From Amoebidium appalachense (Eukaryota > Protista > Ichthyosporea), in the NCBI GenBank assembly GCA_963693365.1, contig CAVNZM010000002.1, forward strand, positions 11,836,328-11,900,327: a DNA stretch of 64,000 nt, written 5' to 3'. The position numbers and the translations under genes were made by a program. Under the pieces are notes generated by a model. That model saw only the letters and a program-made list of their open reading frames with translations. It did no database searches and was not told where the DNA came from. Every line of letters begins with the position of its first letter. Position 1 is the first letter of the stretch. Below are positions 1-13,864 of this stretch, piece by piece.

Positions 1-476
1 AAATTTCGATTATAAAGTGAGGGTTGGTTAGTGAGAATATATGTATGGTTACCGGTGAAAAAATCTGGTTCGAGCTGCCCGTTTTCGCTTAGCGTAAGCA
101 CATATGGAGGGGGTACAAATCGATTTTTCCAAGGGCTGACACATCAGCTTCCATTATGTGATTTCCCCACACTTGATTAGTAGGATTGTTTTTTTTTCAG
201 GGCAAGTGTCTGCGTTCATTCTCTCTGTATTGACCTTGGAGAACGTGACAAAATAAAAAAGAGCCCCGAAAAAGACAAGTTTCGCTGCTCACAGACTGGC
301 ATTTGATCGATCTGATGAGTTGGATCCCCAGCACTGCGGCATCGGCAAACCATCCATTACGTCACCTTAATTGAGCAGGCTTCTGGTTTTTGTATTTGTG
401 TGATCTTTTGTGCTTTGTCTTTTGGGGTCTCCATTTGCATTACTTCAACCCTCTTACGCTTACATCCCCTCTTTTA

Positions 477-546
<70 letters not shown>

Positions 547-819
547 TCCACGTACACGTATTTGGGCATATAATGGGCTTCGTTTGTGTCTCTTTTCTGC
601 ATGGTACCGTGGTTTCTCTCCGGTTTCTTTATGAGTATAGTCCTTGCCCCCATTTTGCTGGCATTGTGATGTACCCATCCTTTCCTTCAAAACAAGACTG
701 CCTTGCCTTCATCCCCCCCCCCCCCCCCGATGCCTATTCTTGTAATGAGACTTCCCACATTCAACTCACACACACCTGCATCATCCCCTCCCACCTCTCC
801 AAAAAACACACACACACGC

Positions 820-867
<48 letters not shown>

Positions 868-868
<1 letters not shown>

Positions 869-1151
869 CCGAATCCGTGATGTTGGTGCCCAAATTCCCC
901 ACGCCAAGAACCCCAACTCCCAGAATTTCAACTCCATACCGGCCCCCGCTGCATCTGCCATGCCAGCAATCCCGGGAAACTTTCCGAAAAATACCGGAGA
1001 TCCCAATTTTCACATGATGCGTCCCTCCAACGCCATGGGTGAGGGGCAGAAATTTGTACCCGTGCCACAGCCCGTTTACATGGACCCCCCTGCAAATGAT
1101 GCACTTCCGTGGGTGGGGTCTCAGACCGGGTCCCGTGCATTCCCTGGGTAG
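868..1151 (+). CDS. Terminal coding exon of an unidentified gene entering from the left (Pro/Asn-rich tail)
   Basis: Acceptor (CA)n-CAG| at 866-867, then a non-repetitive frame GRIRDVGAQIPHAKNPNSQNF...GSRAFPG ending at TAG 1149-1151. No recognisable domain. Confidence 0.6.
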
Positions 1152-1772
1152 ACACAGGTGAAAAATTACTAATGCTCCCGTGTGTTTCTTTCTTCCGTCT
1201 TCCAAATATCCAATCATTGGGACCGGTGGGGGGCATGGGAGCAGGGAGTGGAAAAGAGTAAAAGTATACGTGGTGGGAGAAAATGGTGTTTGTATGTGTG
1301 GGTGGGTGGGTAGGTGGGTGGGACGTTGGTCAAAAATAGAAAGACGGAGCGGCGGCAGGGGGGGAGGTGGGGTTGGGCGTGGGGTTGGTGCTTTTTTTTT
1401 TTTTTTTTTTTTTTTGGGTGGCGCGTGTGGGTTGTGGGTGTGTTTGGGTAGGAGGGTGGGTGGAGAGGGGGGAGGGGAATCGTTGAGGGGGGTATATACA
1501 GTGGATTTGTTATACGATAGATTATATAATGATTGTCATTATTGGGCGTGATCATAAACATAGCAGTCATGCATATAGCTGCAATACTGGTGTGTGCATT
1601 ACACACACACCATGTTCCTCCGCCGTCTCTATGTATAGTAATTAAAATGGTAGTGCAACTGGTTGTGGTGGTGACGGTGATGGGTGAGTGCAGGAGATTC
1701 TGTGTGTTTTATGTTTTACGTTTATTTTTATTTTTTTTCCATATGATTTATTTTATTTCTTTTCTTTTTTTT

Positions 1773-1811
<39 letters not shown>

Positions 1812-1888
1812 ATTAAATTATTATGAACACCCATCGTGGATCACTGATAAAGATGCACGCAGAGTAGATAAGGTGCACATGCACAGGG

Positions 1889-1933
<45 letters not shown>

Positions 1934-2733
1934 GGCCGCTCCTCGCATCTCTCTCGACGATGTGATGAGTATAGCAATCCACCTTAGACCAATATAGTAC
2001 TATAACAATGCAACGAATGCATATCACCAAATTTGGTCATTCTCTTAAATCGTGTGCATGAATCTGATATGTCCTTCGACCCGCATGGTCTCCCAGCTGG
2101 CTGGGGGGCCGGGTCGTAGATACATATGTATTCCTTTAAATGCCATTTAATTAAAGCAACCTGGGACCAATCATCGTTAATACAGATCAGTTGCTGGCTG
2201 TACCTATTCCGCTCTAATAAAGCGGAATTTCAAACGGGATTTCCCGAAAGCAGTAAAACGACGAAAGCGAGAGTGTGCACATATACCTTGTATGGCCGGT
2301 ATTGAGTAATCGGTACATATGCATGGACATTTCGAGCACGTGTCGACGCCGTGTGCAAGTGTACATGTGCATACTAAAAGTTTGTGAGACCACAAAATTT
2401 AAGCCGAGCTTCGGCACAAGGAGTGAATATGCACATGATGTGTGTGTGTATCATCACATGTGACTGAGTGTGCACATGCATGGGTGTAGTACTGTGCGCA
2501 CTCAGCGGCATGTGTGTGCTGTGTGTACATGTGTACGAACATGTGTGGGTAACCGTACTGCGCGTGTCCGCATGCATGCCTGTACAGTAACTGTGTACAT
2601 GTGCATATATATAAGAATGAATGCATGTGTGTGCTGTGGATACCGTTCGGAATTGAGTGTGTGTGTTTTAAATTACCGGTACCATGACACTGTGCACATG
2701 AATGAATCAGTGTGTGCTGCATGTCACACGCAT

Positions 2734-2833
2734 GTGTGTGTACTGTGTGCACTTGCAGGTGTGTGTACTGTGTGCACTTGCAGGTGTGTGTACTGTGTGC
2801 ACTTGCAGGTGTGTGTGTGCTGTGTGCACTTGC
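2734..2833. repeat. 25-nt minisatellite, 3 perfect copies plus 1 variant, in a degenerate TG-rich tract
   Basis: GTGTGTGTACTGTGTGCACTTGCAG at 2734-2758, 2759-2783 and 2784-2808. Confidence 0.85.
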
Positions 2834-3616
2834 ATGTTACAATAGCAGTTCGCTGTGTGCAGGGGCCGGGGGGGGGATTGTTAATGGGATCGGGGGAGGA
2901 AAATATTAAAGGAAAAAACAAAAGCGAAATAAACCTTCAAAATGCTTGCATGCGTGAGTTTTCTAAGCATGCGATCCAGTCACTGTTCAGATTACAATCG
3001 TTCTTGCTCCTGGAGGCTCTTCCGGAGAGCCCACTGTCATTGTCACTAATACTTAAAAGTTTCAGCAATGGCAAATTTGCATGTAGATCTATCTACATTC
3101 AATTTGTTGGCTAGATATCCCCGGCACGTGCAAAACATTTTGTCCTTGCTTCGAACAGCATGAACGAGAAATTTCTTTTAACCTATCTACCACAGAAATA
3201 TCACAAGACGGCTGTAAGAATTCACATATATCTGGGATAGGTTTTCTAATCAATAAACAAAACAGAATTATAATGTCATTATTTCGCTCTCTAAGCATCA
3301 AATGCAAATGTAGCATATTGAAAGGTTTAACATGACATCTACTCGCTCACTCGCTATCCAAACCAAGAAAAAAAATATCCAAAAAAGAGAAAAAAATAGA
3401 ACCCCTCACCCACGCACCCTCAAAAAAATAACAATTTGTGAATGAAACAACAACTTGGTAAAAACGATCATTCAACGACAAATGCGGGATCGAAAACTAC
3501 ATATTCCGAATGGATAGACAAGTTGCTCTTTTCTCTGTTTCTAAGCCAACTTCCCGAAGATTTCCCGAAAATTGCTGATTCCTGCTATGAAATTTCAAGC
3601 TGTTGCACCGCAGTCT

Positions 3617-3736
3617 TCAGTAGACGTGGACCAGCCCGTAGATAAACCTGGTGGATAGTCAAGAAATACATCTCCGGTATATCTGCCGGCCACGCAACAA
3701 CACAGCTGCTGTATGCAATGCAATGCAACGAATCAG

Positions 3737-3781
<45 letters not shown>

Positions 3782-3918
3782 ACCACCACCACGGGGGCCC
3801 CTCACCACCCATCCCCTCCTTCCTTGCCATCCCAAAAGATCCCAATCAAAAAAGTACCCAGAACGAACAAACCCCAAAACAACCACACGAGACACACACA
3901 GAGACAGCTCCCCCCCCC

Positions 3919-3951
<33 letters not shown>

Positions 3952-4410
3952 ACCCCCCCAAAAAATAACACACACACACAAACCATACCCATCACTCATC
4001 ACTTTTCATTCTCCCATCCTCACTACGGATCTTTTTTCTTCCCCTTTCTTCTTCTCTCTCTCTCTCTCTCTCCCTCTCCCTCCCCCCCCCCCCCCCCACA
4101 CACACACACCCATTTTCTTCCTTTTTCTTTTCTTTCCTTTCTTTCTTTCTTTCTTTTTTTTTGTGGATACGTCCAAAAGAGCACGTATGAGAGCAGGTTT
4201 CCAGCAATGCCGTCCAAGGCCACTTGGCTGGTGCCCTGGAAGTAGTCAAACTGCTTGTTTGCAGTCTTGTTCGTCAACAGCACCGTCATGGCGCCACTTG
4301 CACCAAAGTAGAAGATGAACCCCTCAAGGTTGGTAAGGCCCAATATTCCCGCTACACACCCACCAACGGCGGAGACCATGATGCGGCTGTGTACGTGTAC
4401 GTGTACGTGT

Positions 4411-4463
<53 letters not shown>

Positions 4464-4872
4464 CGTGTACGTGTACGCACGCGCGCGTGTGTGTGTGTGT
4501 GTGTGTGTGTGTGGTGGGGGGAGGGGGTTGAGAAGGGGGAGAGGGAGGGGGTGGGGGAGGGTGGGTGGGTGGGGGGAGACGGGTGAGGGGAAGGGATGGG
4601 GTGCGGGGAAGGGGAGGGTGGGGTGGGGGAAAGGGGAGGGTGGGTGGGGAGAGGAGAGGGTGAAGGAAGGGGGGAGGATGGGGAGGGGGGTGGGGGAGGA
4701 GTTGGGAAGGTGGGGAGGGTGGGGGGAGAGGAGGTGGGGGGAGAGGGGATTGTGTGTGTGAATGTGTGGTGTGTGTGTGTGTGGATGTGTATGTGAGTGT
4801 GTGTGTGTTCGTGTGCATGTGTGCGCGCGTGTGTATGTGGTGTGTGTTCGTGCACATGCATCGCGTATGTGT

Positions 4873-4917
<45 letters not shown>

Positions 4918-5235
4918 TGGTATCTTGTGTGTGCATGTTTACAAAGGGGAGCGATGTGTATAGAGGGGGGTGCAGGGAGAGGGAGCAGAAATAGGGAGCC
5001 GAAGGGGGGGGGGAGGGCGGAGAACCGTATGAGTGTGACTGTGGGTGCGGGTGGGACTTGGTGTGTGTGTGTGTGTTGTGTGTATGGGCGTGGAAGGGAA
5101 AGAGGGAGACGGAGCGGGTGGGGGGGAGGGGGGGGGGGGGGGGGAGGCGTTAGCATGTGTCACAGAGAACGAAGATCACAAGATGTTGCAGATTCCGCAA
5201 AGCACACAATAGGATTGTGTACCAATTTTTACTTT

Positions 5236-5271
<36 letters not shown>

Positions 5272-5708
5272 TTTCTTTTCCTTTTTTTTTTTTTTTTTTT
5301 TTTTTTGGGGGGGGGGGGGGGGGAGGGGGGGGAGATTAAAATCGGGTATGCAGAGAATTGAGTATGTAGAGAGACAACCGCAAACATCTTGTAGAACAGA
5401 GAATGCAAAAGGGAGCACGGAATGCGACACAGACAGATCCCATGTTCACAAGGGCACACAAAGGGGAGAGGGGGGGGGAGGGGGGGAGGGGGGAGGTGCC
5501 GTTGAGAGGCGGGTCGGTGCACGTGGGTAGATCTGGAAGAGGGGGAGGATCCACGCGAGTATTTGGTGGAGGGGACGGTGCCGGGGGGGAGGGGGAGGGG
5601 GGGGAAGGGAGAGGGGGGGAAGAATGGCAACCATTCGGGAGATGCATGAAGCGGAGAGAAGGAAAGGGGAGGAAGCCTGGAGGGGAGGGTGGGTAGTTGT
5701 GTGTGTGT

Positions 5709-5743
<35 letters not shown>

Positions 5744-6151
5744 GCAGGGGGGACAAGGGAAGGACTAGTCGCTAGGTGGGTCGGAGGGAGAAGGAGGAAA
5801 GGGGGGAGGAGACGAAGGAAGAGGGAGGGAGGGGCAGGAGAGGAGGGCGGGAGGAAGGGAGGGAGAGAGCGAGAGGGAGGGAAAGAGACGAACGATGCGG
5901 CAAGAGAAGCGGAGAGGGTGGGGAAGAGATAAAGAAGTACCAACAAATATAGAAGGGAATGAGCCTTGAAACCTTGCAGTGACGGGAGAAAGGCCCATAA
6001 CACAGAAGAGCGTTGAAGAGAAGAGAAATAGGAAAAGGCACAACTCAACACGAATAACTTTTTTGGAGCGATGTGTTTTTGCAAGATGGGTTTGGGGAAA
6101 GCACCCATACAAAAGAAGTGGATGTATCGAGCGAGTGTGTGCCTGTGTGTG

Positions 6152-6221
<70 letters not shown>

Positions 6222-6830
6222 CGTCTGCACATTCGTGTGTGTGTGATCCTGCGTGGGTGCCAGCACGCGGGTGAGTGTATGTAGTCTCTGTGTGTGAATC
6301 CAAGCGGGAGTATTTGAATGTGTGCAGGTCAGAGTATGTGTGTTTGCGTGTATGCAAACACGGCAGGTCCCTGCTTGCCCCGTGTGTATATCTATCCATA
6401 TTCCTGCCTGTGCTTGTGGCCGTGTGGTATGCGTTCATATGTCGGTGCATGCGTGAGTGTTAATGAATGCGTGTGTGTGCGTGTGTGTGTGTATGTGTGC
6501 ACGAGTGCGCGCGCGTGTGCGTCTGCGTGTGTGCGTGCTTGTGCAGTCTGCGTGCGTGAGTGACCATAAGGGCTGCTTCTTCGCACACACGCACACACAC
6601 AAACATGCGCGCGCGTCGCGAACGCACACACAGACAAAACCTCGCTTTGTAACACTGCTTCTCCTCCTCTCCTCTTCTTGAAAAAAAATCAGAACCGCAA
6701 AAAGCAAAGGGAGAGAGAGAGAGAAAAGTAAAACATGCACGCACCAGTAATCCACGGCCTGGAGATTGTGCTTGAGCGCCACATGGTTGATGACGTCCTT
6801 TCCCAACGCCTCGTCTCCGCCCTGTTCCAT
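3617..6830 (-). CDS. EMC6: ER membrane protein complex subunit 6; exons 6830-6745, 4386-4171, 3647-3617; 110 aa
   Basis: GT-AG introns with matching phases (2,2); 333 nt spliced. Product [56 protein letters not shown]...[20 protein letters not shown] has the EMC6 motifs DYCR, AGILGLT, GFIFY and YVLFWTFxYGxVHVY. Confidence 0.95.
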
Positions 6831-7272
6831 TTTCGCTTTTTTCCCCCTAAGTCTTTCCTTTCAACATGGGTATATAAACAGACGTGTGTGCGTTACAGAA
6901 AGAGTTTTTCTGTTTCTTCGTTCGCCGGACAAACGATGGGGATCTATGTGGAAAAGTATGATGCAATTTTGGATCGAAGGGTGATCAAATTTGAAATTGC
7001 TCCGAGAAGGGGGTTTTAACTGCTTAGTCTAAGTGGGAAGACTCCATGAACCAGAAAAAGATCATTCAGGCCAGCACGCTTGGACAAGTAGAAGGATAAA
7101 TGTCGTAGGTGATTCCGATCTACTTCTCCTTCTTCAAATTTTGTTTTTTTTTTGTTTGTGTGTGTGTGTGCCACGGTGTGTGTGTGCGTGTGTGCGTGTG
7201 TGCGTGTGTGCGTGTGTGCGCGTGTGCGTGTGTGCGTGTGTGCGTGTGTGCGTGTGTGCGTGTGTGCGCGTA

Positions 7273-7324
<52 letters not shown>

Positions 7325-7422
7325 TGTGTGTGTGTGTGTGTGTGTGGGTAGGGGCCCGGGGAGGGGGATGAGGGGGGACTCCGAACTTCTTTTTTCTTCC
7401 TTTCCTTTTTCGTTCATTTCTA

Positions 7423-7453
<31 letters not shown>

Positions 7454-8364
7454 TTCTTCTTCTTCTTCTTCTTCTTCTTCTTTTTTCTTGTGTGTGTGTG
7501 TCACACGGTGTGTGTGTGTGTGTGTGTGTGTGTGTTGGGGGAGGGGTGGGGTGGGGGGGGTGGGGGGTGGGGGGAAGGGAGGGAGAGCGGGGGTGGGGGA
7601 GGGGTGGGGTGGGGTGGGGGGTGTGGGGGGGTGTGGTGGGGGGGGGGGGGGGGGGGGGGATTACGAACTATTCATTTTTTTATTTTTTTATTTATTTTTT
7701 TTTTGGTTTTTTTTTTTTTGTTGTTGTTGTTGTTCCTGTTGTTGTTGTACTTTTTTTTTTTTCAAAGTTTTGGGACGGGGGGGGGGGGGGGGGGGGGGGG
7801 GGGAGGGGGGGGGGGGGGGGGAGGGGGGGGGGGGGAGGGGATCTCCCGGCCAACAATTAGCTATAGAAAGCTCTTTACAGTAAAAGGAACATGCATATGT
7901 ACGATGGCAGAGCTAATATTGATTAATTAATTAGCTATTTGTTACGTAGGTAGCTACGAGGGTTTCCCCCGCTTTACCCTCAAACAGTTCAATTCAGTCC
8001 GTGGTCACACCCTGTTTGCCGTGACCAGCCATTAAATCCAGACCAATCAGAATTGACGTGACCTCGGTTGATGGTCCTCTCTCTCTTTCTCCCTCCTGCT
8101 CCGAGCCACTATACCTCTTTCCTCCCCCCCTCCCCCCCCCCCCCCCTCCCCCTGTACCCCCCCTCCCCCCACCCTTCCCCCGTGCCCAGCCATCCCGAGG
8201 CTCTCTCCCGAGAGCGGCCTTCTTTCTCTCCATCTCTATTTCACTCGTTATCATAATCTTTCACTACATGATACAGATACTATATATGTCTCCGACGGTC
8301 TGTCTGTCGGTCGGTCTGTCTCTCAGCCGGAGTCGTCACACACTGACACACACACACATACACA

Positions 8365-8399
<35 letters not shown>

Positions 8400-9616
8400 A
8401 AAAAAACGCCACTCCACTGGCACCTGTTGCAGGGTTTGAGCGATCTTTTGTTCCTTCACTCAGTAGCGGATTTTTTTTGACCGTCACCACATAGAGTAAA
8501 GAGGATGAGAGATATGAATAAAGTGGCCCAGCTCTCCCTTGTAATAAAATTTGGTTTCAACCCAGACCCTAAGGGTATTTTTGTTCCTTTTTCGTTTTTT
8601 CTTTCTTTCTTTCTTTCTCTCTTTTTTTTCTTCTTTTTTTGGAGGGGGTGGGGGGGGGGAAGAGCCAGGGAGGGGGGAGGGGGGAGGGGGGGGGGGGGGA
8701 GTGGTCCCCGGAGGTGAGGGGGGGGGAAGGAACTCGAACTTGGAGAGTTGGTTAAACTTTGGGTGGGTGGGTGGGTGTGCACACGTGTCGGTGTCGCGAT
8801 CGGGGGGAGAAGGGGAGGGAGGGGGGGAGGGAGGGGGAGGGGGGATTTGGTTGCTGCTCAAGAAAACTCGGGGTTACCGTGCCTGATAGATAGTAGGTAC
8901 ATGGGAAGCTTCAGACATTATACCTAGCATAACGGACAGGACAGGACAGGACAGAGACGGAGAGGGGGAGAGAGAGGGGGGGGGGGGGGGGGGGGGGAGT
9001 GTATGTGTGTGTGCGTGTGTGTGTGAGCCTGACTGAGAGAGAGAGAGAGAGAGGGGGGGGGGGGGGGGGGGGGGAGAGAGGGAGAGAGAGAGCGAGAGAG
9101 AGAGAGAGACTCGGATACTGAGTTAATGTGCCATAGTATATACATGTCACATTATGATGTACATGAAGAGTCTCGGACATGTTCGTTGATCATAGTAATA
9201 AACATTTTTCTGCCTCGACGGTCCACCGGTCTGGCCGCCCCCTAGAAGCCATCACCCCAGACCACGTCAAAGCAGCACCACCAATTTGTTATCACCCGGC
9301 CGTAAGACATGACGTCATGAACAGCACCGGCCCTCTGACGTCGACAGCGCGCCGCTTGGGCATCCCGGCCCAACGTTCAAGTCCGAGTCACCGGCCACGG
9401 TTCGGGTCAGCGTCCTGGGCATGGGGTCTTCCCTTTCAAGTCTTTATGTTTGTGTATGTGTCCCGGGTCGCTCCCGGCTGGTGTTGTTAAAGTGAGCTGT
9501 GCTCATTTCCCCACTAGCGTTGCTGCGGCTAGAACCGTGGGATAAGGCGTAACTAAAAATAGTGCCAGTTGGGGTCAATTAGAATCCTGACTTATGAGTG
9601 TGCTATACAGTACGAT

Positions 9617-9707
9617 CTGTGTCTAGGCGGAAGACGGTAAGCTCCCCTGAGGCAGTGCCTCGCCGGGAGTGAAACGGGATAAAAAAAAATTAAAAAAATA
9701 GTAATAA
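9617..9707 (+). repeat. Dispersed hairpin plus A-rich tail motif, copy 1 (possible retroposon 3' end)
   Basis: GGAAGACGGTAAGCTCCCCTGAGGCAGTGCCTCGCCGGGAGTGAAACGGGATAAAAAAAA resembles the - strand of 29055-29150. Confidence 0.4.
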
Positions 9708-9780
9708 ACATTTGGGTGGGAAAACTCGGTGTTGACAACGGGTGCTACAATGGGCATGGGCTAGTGTGACACGGTGTGTA

Positions 9781-9898
9781 CAAGGACTCGACCAGAATTA
9801 AGATTATCCTAATTTAAGATTGTAGCGCTAGAAATTTTTGAAAATTTAAGATTCTAGCCGGCTGGACCTTCCTGTCTACCTCTAAGATTTTTCGCTAG

Positions 9899-9930
<32 letters not shown>

Positions 9931-9968
9931 ACCCACCCCTCCCCTTGCACACGCACACACACCATCGG

Positions 9969-10010
<42 letters not shown>

Positions 10011-11727
10011 TTAGATCTTGATAGCGGGTAATCATGAAAAGGGCGGGCTTTTGGGCCAATCAGTGGCCCAGCCGCTACCGGCCGGCTGGCGCCGGACACT
10101 TGCATGCATCAAGGTCTCAGTCAGCACGGTGTGCACACGGTCTGACGGTGCGGCTTAGTATCACCTTTTTATTTCCACCTCGAACTTTCGTAACATCTTT
10201 CCGAGATCTACTCTTTCTTAGTATTTAATGAGCCAGGAAAATGTCCGCCCTAAACGGGGGGAACGGCCATACCAGGCTAGCTAGTGTTTTTGACTGTATA
10301 GGTGAACTGGATAAGGCTGCAAAAAAGATAAAGAATGATTTTTCCGCAAAGATTGATGATGCTGTCGATGATTTAAAGCAGGAACTAATATCCACAGTTT
10401 TAGCAACTGCAACTGTTAGTACGGATGCTACGGTGGCTTCGGCCGACCCCTCGCTACACACACGCACAACCCACACAAATACGCGCACAGACACAGTCAC
10501 TATGGCCAGCCCAGCCACCGGGCCCCCAGCTGCAGCCAACGAAACACTCTCCAGGCCAAATACCGTCTCTTCCTCCTCCACCAAGAAAGTGAGTATTTAT
10601 CAGATAACAAACACACGCATAAAACAACGGGACCAAAACGGCAAAGTCAAAGGGTACATTCATCTCGAAAGAGGAGCAGAGGAAGTAGTTAGAATTGAGC
10701 GCGTTGAGAAAAGCGCTTATACGTGCATGTATGCGAAACAGGGGTGCACGTTCAAAACAAGCCACGGCCCGGCTATGGCTTCGCACGAGAAGCGCTGCAA
10801 GTGCAAAACGAGCGATGATCGTCTTAAGCGAATGTTTGCGTGTGTCCAGTCTGCGCAGTCGGACAACACCACCAGCCAAGTAAAGCGCAAGCGCTACGAC
10901 ATTCAGGTGCCCAAGATCATAATTACTAACTATGACGAGGAACTGGCCGCAAAACGGACCACTAAACGTGCCCAGTTGGACACGACGGGTGCTGCAATTG
11001 TAGAGCCAAGAAAGAAACGAAAATCAGCCACGGGGAAGGTAGCTAAACCGAGGAAGTCAAGGGATAAAGGGGAAAGTGTTCCTAGACAAGCAAGAGACAG
11101 TGCTTCGGGTCCTGTGAAACCGGTAGACGGACGGAAAGATAACTGCGGGGCTAAGCATCGCGAATCTTACTCCCTTGGTGAAAGAATGATGGTGGTCGAA
11201 TCAGTATGGGAAGCCTCGGAGGAATTGGGCGGGGGGGACCAGAGACACCCCCAAGCGGTCAACGTTGTGATGGAACGGACAGGGATGGGTCGATCGAATA
11301 TTGACAGGTGTGTTCTCTCTGCCCCTGGTGGTGTGCTTCGACTTAGGAGTTTCAGGGTGCTAAATGTGTGTGTGTGGGGTGGGAGGGGGGAAGGAGAGGG
11401 GAGGGGGAGGGGGGGGGGGGGGAGGGGGGGGGGGGTGGGGGGTGGGGGGGGGGGGGGGGTCAGGCACACGGTTTAACAACAAAATGCTGAGTCACGTTGC
11501 CGGTTAAAGCGAGTGGCTAGGTGATAGGGTAAGCGGTGGGTTGATCAGGGTAAAAGGGGGGGGTGGAAGGGGAGGAGGGAGGGGAGAAAGAGTGAGGGGG
11601 GGAGGGGGTGGTTGGGGGGAAGGGTGGGGGGTGGGGGAGGGGGAGGGTTGGAAAGGGGGTTATCAGGGAAGCAGCAGAGTTGGGGATGGAGAGAGCAGGA
11701 AATGGGGAAAGTGGGAGCAGGAGGGAA

Positions 11728-11763
<36 letters not shown>

Positions 11764-12125
11764 GCAACGGGGGCTGGTGAGCTGAGGAAAGTGGAGCCCT
11801 TTTCAATTTTCATGACAAGATTGTTGAACCAGTAGTCTTAAGCTCAGACTTTTCCTTGCCCCCCCCCCCCCCCCCCCCCCCCTCCCCCCCCCCCCGCGCG
11901 CGCGCGGGAGGCGGTGATGATGGTTGTGTGTGTGTGTGTGTGTAAGTGGTGGTGGTGGTGGTGGTGGTGGTGAGGTGTGTGTGTGTGTGTGTGTTGGGGG
12001 GGGGGGGGGGGGGGGGGTTGATAAATTTAAGATTGTGTAGGCTAGGGGAGGCTAGGGGTCCAAAAATTAAGATTCCAGCTGGCTAGACCCAAAATTCACG
12101 TAATCTTAAACATGGTCGAGTCCTG
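9781..12125 (+). mobile_element. Internally deleted Tc1/mariner-superfamily (pogo-like) DNA transposon, 2345 bp
   Basis: TA|CAAGGACTCGACCAGAATTAAGATTA at the left end matches the reverse complement of the right end, TA|CAGGACTCGACCATGTTTAAGATTA. Subterminal AAT(T)TAAGATT repeats at about 9796, 9811, 9843, 12024 and 12065. Contains an ORF with a zinc finger and an HTH. Confidence 0.75.
10241..11307 (+). pseudogene. N-terminal part of a putative transposase (C2HC zinc finger plus HTH); catalytic region absent
   Basis: Non-repetitive ORF with CMYAKQGCTFKTSHGPAMASHEKRC (C-x6-C-x12-H-x3-C), a basic NLS-like stretch and RESYSLGERMMVVE...VMERTGMGRSNIDR (psq/CENP-B-like HTH), ending at a likely donor AG|GTGTGT (11308). 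No DDE exon was found before the right TIR. Confidence 0.6.
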
Positions 12126-12164
12126 TATGTGTTTTGGGGGAGGGTGGCAAGGGGGCACTCGGGG

Positions 12165-12201
<37 letters not shown>

Positions 12202-12810
12202 TCGTCTGAGATGGCCATGCCATGGGCATCATCTCGGACACGTGCACTGCAACTTTGGAATGCTTTAAGTAACATTTTACTGTACTTGCGCTGGAGTCGG
12301 ATCCTCCGGAGGGACCGGTTTTGATTTGGAGGTACAGTATGCACGACGCCTCGATCTCTGAAATAAGTGGTCACTCACAGCAGAATAATAACTTGATGCA
12401 CCCTGGCCTCGGGTGTGGTTTTTCTTGATTTTGGACTTCGCATTCGCGACCTACATACATACTACAGGGGTATAACCTGTCCTGATATCCAGATCGAAAT
12501 TGCATTACATAATGATCATCGTAGAAGCATAATAATATTAATAATACATACAACATACGTGTACACATATATAATAAACATGATACGTGCATGACACGGA
12601 GCCTGCACAGCAGCATGATGAACACTGATGGTCCGGCATGATCAGTCAGTGTTCATTGAGCTTGCCGCATTGTATTCAAAAACTTTCCATGTGATCATGC
12701 GCAACACCAGTAGAAAACGCCGTTTTGCATTATTATTTCACATACATACATCCATATGCAAATAGAATACAAGTCGCTTCCCCCCCCCCCCCCCCCCCCC
12801 CCTCCCCCCC

Positions 12811-12847
<37 letters not shown>

Positions 12848-13315
12848 TTCCCCCCCCTCCCCCCCCCCCCGTCGCGTTTTGAAATTTAAATAAACAAAAA
12901 TGTGCGAAAGACGCCATTGATTGGCTTTCTGTTTTTATCAGTTGACGCCTTGGTTACGTAATGCCCGGGTGACTCATTGGTGACTCGTGAGTGAGGCATT
13001 GTAACACAGCATTTACATGGTATATCGTGCACATTAGAAGAACATAATAAAGATTCTACATTAAAAATGTTATTCTACGCTATATTCGCGTGCGCTGAGG
13101 TAGCAGTGGTGTGTGGGGCATTCTAGTAAGGCTTCTTTCTGCCAGGGCTGTCGTACATCGTATCTTCCATGGAGTTAGGCCCCTGCAAAAAAATCCCGCA
13201 TATCTTTTGATATTCAGGGGCCGATTCGATATATGATATATCTCGTGATATTCAGGGGCTAGGCAAGATATATCAAATGATATTCAGGGGATGAACCAAA
13301 AAATGATATATCAAA

Positions 13316-13477
13316 GGGGGTTTACACACTTTTTATTGCGTGGACACTGCCGGAGGCCCAGCCACATTCGACGGCCTACTGCGTTTTCCAGCACAGCCAA
13401 TCAAATGCAGCCAGTGACATATGTACATGCTAGGCAACAATCTGACAATGAGCGCCATCATAGTATATGACACCCCC
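13316..13477 (+). mobile_element. About 160-bp MITE nested in hAT-like copy A
   Basis: Imperfect TIRs GGGGGTTTACACACT and revcomp GGGGGTGTCATATACT, flanked by AAA on both sides; close inverted copy at 28165-28322. Confidence 0.65.
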
Positions 13478-13864
13478 AAAAATATCTTTCGCGGCAGGAT
13501 ATATCCCGGCCTTTAAAACGGGATATATCCTTTGCTTTCAATGTAAAAATATGAAAAAAACTCAACAAAATGTTACAGAAAACTCATATTTTGCACCTCC
13601 TGCACTACCAAATCTTTTTTTTTAGCCTAAAAAGGGTCTAAAAGCGACCGGATTGCTTCGGATTACTCTTTGATTGACAACCTTGGGGTTTGATGCTCCC
13701 TGAAAGGATCTCACAAAAGTAGCGGAAATCGGAACAAAATCCCGTTTATTTCTATATTTGGGTAAAAGCAGAGTTATTTTTTGTGATATTCAGGGCAAAA
13801 AACCGGGATATTTTGACTTGATAATCAGGTCAAAGTCGAGATACTTTTGATATATCTTGTGATA

